A DNA stretch of 62,146 bases, counting the filler. It is 4 parts of 4 records of this genome, joined end to end, with 100 filler letters (N's around TTAATTAATTAA, not from the genome) between each part and the next. Parts side by side here need not be neighbours in the genome. Positions count along the whole stretch, not along the records: positions 54,787 to 62,146 come from SRR31156797_3131; 3 more parts are not named here. One strand, written 5' to 3'. The notes under the pieces were generated by a model that made no database searches, was not told the DNA's origin, and worked only from the letters and a program-made list of their open reading frames with translations. Positions 60,484 to 62,146 of the stretch are shown piece after piece (position 1 is the first letter of the stretch; each line of letters starts with the position of its first letter). Position numbers and translations under genes: made by a program.

Positions 60484-61667
60484 TATTGTTCTCCGTCTTC
60501 TTCAAGCTCGGCGCAGCTCTTTTCCATAATTTTCATGGCTTCGTCGATATGGGTCTCTTCGAGGACCAGGGGCGGCGCCAACCGCACGACGTTTTCACCG
60601 GCCACCACGGCCAGCATGCCGTTGGCCATCAGCCGTTTGATCAGATCGCCGTTCGGAACCCGGCATTGCAGGCCGATCAGCATGCCGGCGCCCCGCAAGC
60701 CTTCGAACAGCTTTGGATGGGCCGCGACCAAGGCTGCGGCACGATCCCACAATTGCTTTGAGACGGCTTCAACCCGGGCCATAAACCCGTCACCGAGCAT
60801 TACGTCCAACACCGCATTGGCAGCCGCCATGGCCAGTGGGTTGCCGCCGAAGGTCGAGCCGTGGCTGCCCGGCACCATGGCCGCGGCGACATGTTCCTTG
60901 GCGAGAACCGCTCCGACCGGAAAGCCGCCGCCCAATCCCTTGGCGACGGACAGGACATCGGGCTCGACCCCGGACCATTCGTAAGCAAACAACTTGCCGG
61001 TGCGCCCCGTTCCGGTTTGGACCTCGTCGAAAAACAGCAACAGGCCGAATTCGTCGGCAATTTGGCGAAGGGATTTGAGGAAATCCAATTCGGCCGGTCT
61101 GATGCCGCCTTCACCCTGAATGGGTTCGACCAGAATGGCCGCCGTTTCATCGGTGATCGCGGCGCGCAATTCGTTCAGGTTGCCAAACGCGACCTGATCG
61201 AACCCGTCGGGCATGGGCGCAAAACCGGCCATATGGGCCGCCTTTTTGGCGGCCGCCAGGGTCGCCAAGGTCCGGCCGTGGAAGCCGCCTTCGAACGTGA
61301 TCACTCGGTTGCGCTGCGGATTGCCGGCGGCATCGTGATACTTGCGAACCATCTTCAGCCCGCCTTCGACCGCTTCGGCGCCCGAATTGCAGAAGAAAAC
61401 GGAATCGGCAAAGCTGGCCTCGACAAGGCGTTCGGCCAGGCGTTCCTGCCCGGGAATGCGATACAGATTGGAGCAGTGCCACAACGCGCCGGCCTGTTCG
61501 GTCAATGCCTTGACCAGATGGGGATGGCAATGGCCAAGCGACGTGACGGCAACGCCGGAACCGAAGTCCAAGTAACGTCGGCCGTCGCTGTCCACAAGGT
61601 AGACGCTTTCGCCGCTGACGAAAGCGATGTCCTCGCGCGCGTAGGTCGGCATCACCGGGGGTATCAT
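60483..61667 (-). CDS. argD: Acetylornithine aminotransferase
   Basis: [26 protein letters not shown] and AKGLGGG; start set at MIPPVMPTY after AAGGAG. Confidence 0.95.
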   Translation of the reverse strand: MIPPVMPTYAREDIAFVSGESVYLVDSDGRRYLDFGSGVAVTSLGHCHPHLVKALTEQAGALWHCSNLYRIPGQERLAERLVEASFADSVFFCNSGAEAVEGGLKMVRKYHDAAGNPQRNRVITFEGGFHGRTLATLAAAKKAAHMAGFAPMPDGFDQVAFGNLNELRAAITDETAAILVEPIQGEGGIRPAELDFLKSLRQIADEFGLLLFFDEVQTGTGRTGKLFAYEWSGVEPDVLSVAKGLGGGFPVGAVLAKEHVAAAMVPGSHGSTFGGNPLAMAAANAVLDVMLGDGFMARVEAVSKQLWDRAAALVAAHPKLFEGLRGAGMLIGLQCRVPNGDLIKRLMANGMLAVVAGENVVRLAPPLVLEETHIDEAMKIMEKSCAELEEDGEQ

Positions 61668-61825
61668 TGTTCGGCTCCTTACTTTCAAGTCGATGAAGGT
61701 TTTCTGTTTGATTTTGGGCGTTTCGAACCGGCACGCCTGCCGTCCCGGTCCGCGAAAGGGCGGAGTATCTGAATCCAGATGCCGCGAGTCAACGCGGATC
61801 GGCCGGAGTTCCCGTTTTTTCGGCT

Positions 61826-62146
61826 TTATCGTCGGATCGTGTCGGCCTTGGTAACGACCGACGGTCCGGCCCCGCCATGGATTTCGGACCAGGAAATGGG
61901 ATCCTGTATATAGGCCTCGATCTCGGTCAGCGTATCCGGATCCAAGGCACCGCGTGAACGGGCGACGCGCATGACGTCGTTCCAATCGGCAAGCGCGAAA
62001 AGGGTCAGCCCCTTGCTGTCGAGGTCACGCACCACATAATCGAAGATACCGTACTTGAAAATAACGAAGGCATGGCGTACCTCGGCGCCGGCCCGCCGCA
62101 AGCCTTCGCAAAACAAGCCCTTGGTGCGGCCGTCGGTGGTCAGGTC
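61826..62146 (-). CDS. pyrE: Orotate phosphoribosyltransferase (alphaproteobacterial type), 5'-truncated
   Basis: DLTTDG.TK PRPP loop, then F...LR.AGA...FVIF.YGIF...LA.W.DV...W...HGG. Confidence 0.8.
   Translation of the reverse strand, partial: DLTTDGRTKGLFCEGLRRAGAEVRHAFVIFKYGIFDYVVRDLDSKGLTLFALADWNDVMRVARSRGALDPDTLTEIEAYIQDPISWSEIHGGAGPSVVTKADTIRR

Noticed and set aside
56491-61772. Long plus-strand ORFs (56491-57423, 58869-59666, 59614-60984, 60861-61772)
   Set aside because: Antisense shadows of well-conserved genes in high-GC DNA, with no recognisable motifs.
61668-61985. 106-aa N-terminal extension of ArgD
   Set aside because: It overlaps pyrE and intergenic DNA; the RBS supports the start at 61667.

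Overview
This window is a composite of four unrelated contigs joined by 100-bp artificial spacers (N44-TTAATTAATTAA-N44 at 25152-25251, 46831-46930 and 54687-54786), so nothing should be inferred across the joins. (1) 1-25151 is Vibrio-like: a Mo-nitrogenase cluster (nifH partial, nifDKTY-orf, nifENX-fdx, nifUSVWZM-modABC) with two sigma54 promoters and NifA sites and a TwoAYGGAY-like RNA structure, followed by a long RecX-like gene, murR/murQ/murP, pyrC, a YcbX-reductase fusion and an AraC-like gene. (2) 25252-46830 is Bacteroidota-like: moeA-moaA-moaC, DUF418, a Cas4/RecB-like DUF2779 protein, a T9SS cargo protein, two stand-alone P-loop ATPase genes each with a repeat array over its promoter (4 x 33-bp period; 14-bp tandem plus inverted), a REPIN-like nested palindrome, a TPR kinase/LytTR pair with a likely target lipoprotein, an ABC transporter and an ECF-FecR-TonB module. 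(3) 46931-54686, probably from a Desulfobacterota-like anaerobe, has TetR, two M24 hydrolases, an SSS symporter, an S28 peptidase, PadR and a second TetR. (4) 54787-62146 is alphaproteobacterial: yqjG (partial), a hydrolase, an Ldh_2 oxidoreductase, a lipoprotein, hslO, yciB, argF, argD and pyrE (partial). The most novel-looking signal is the pair of ATPase genes with repeat arrays over their promoters. Taxonomic and family calls come from motif recognition only; no searches were run.
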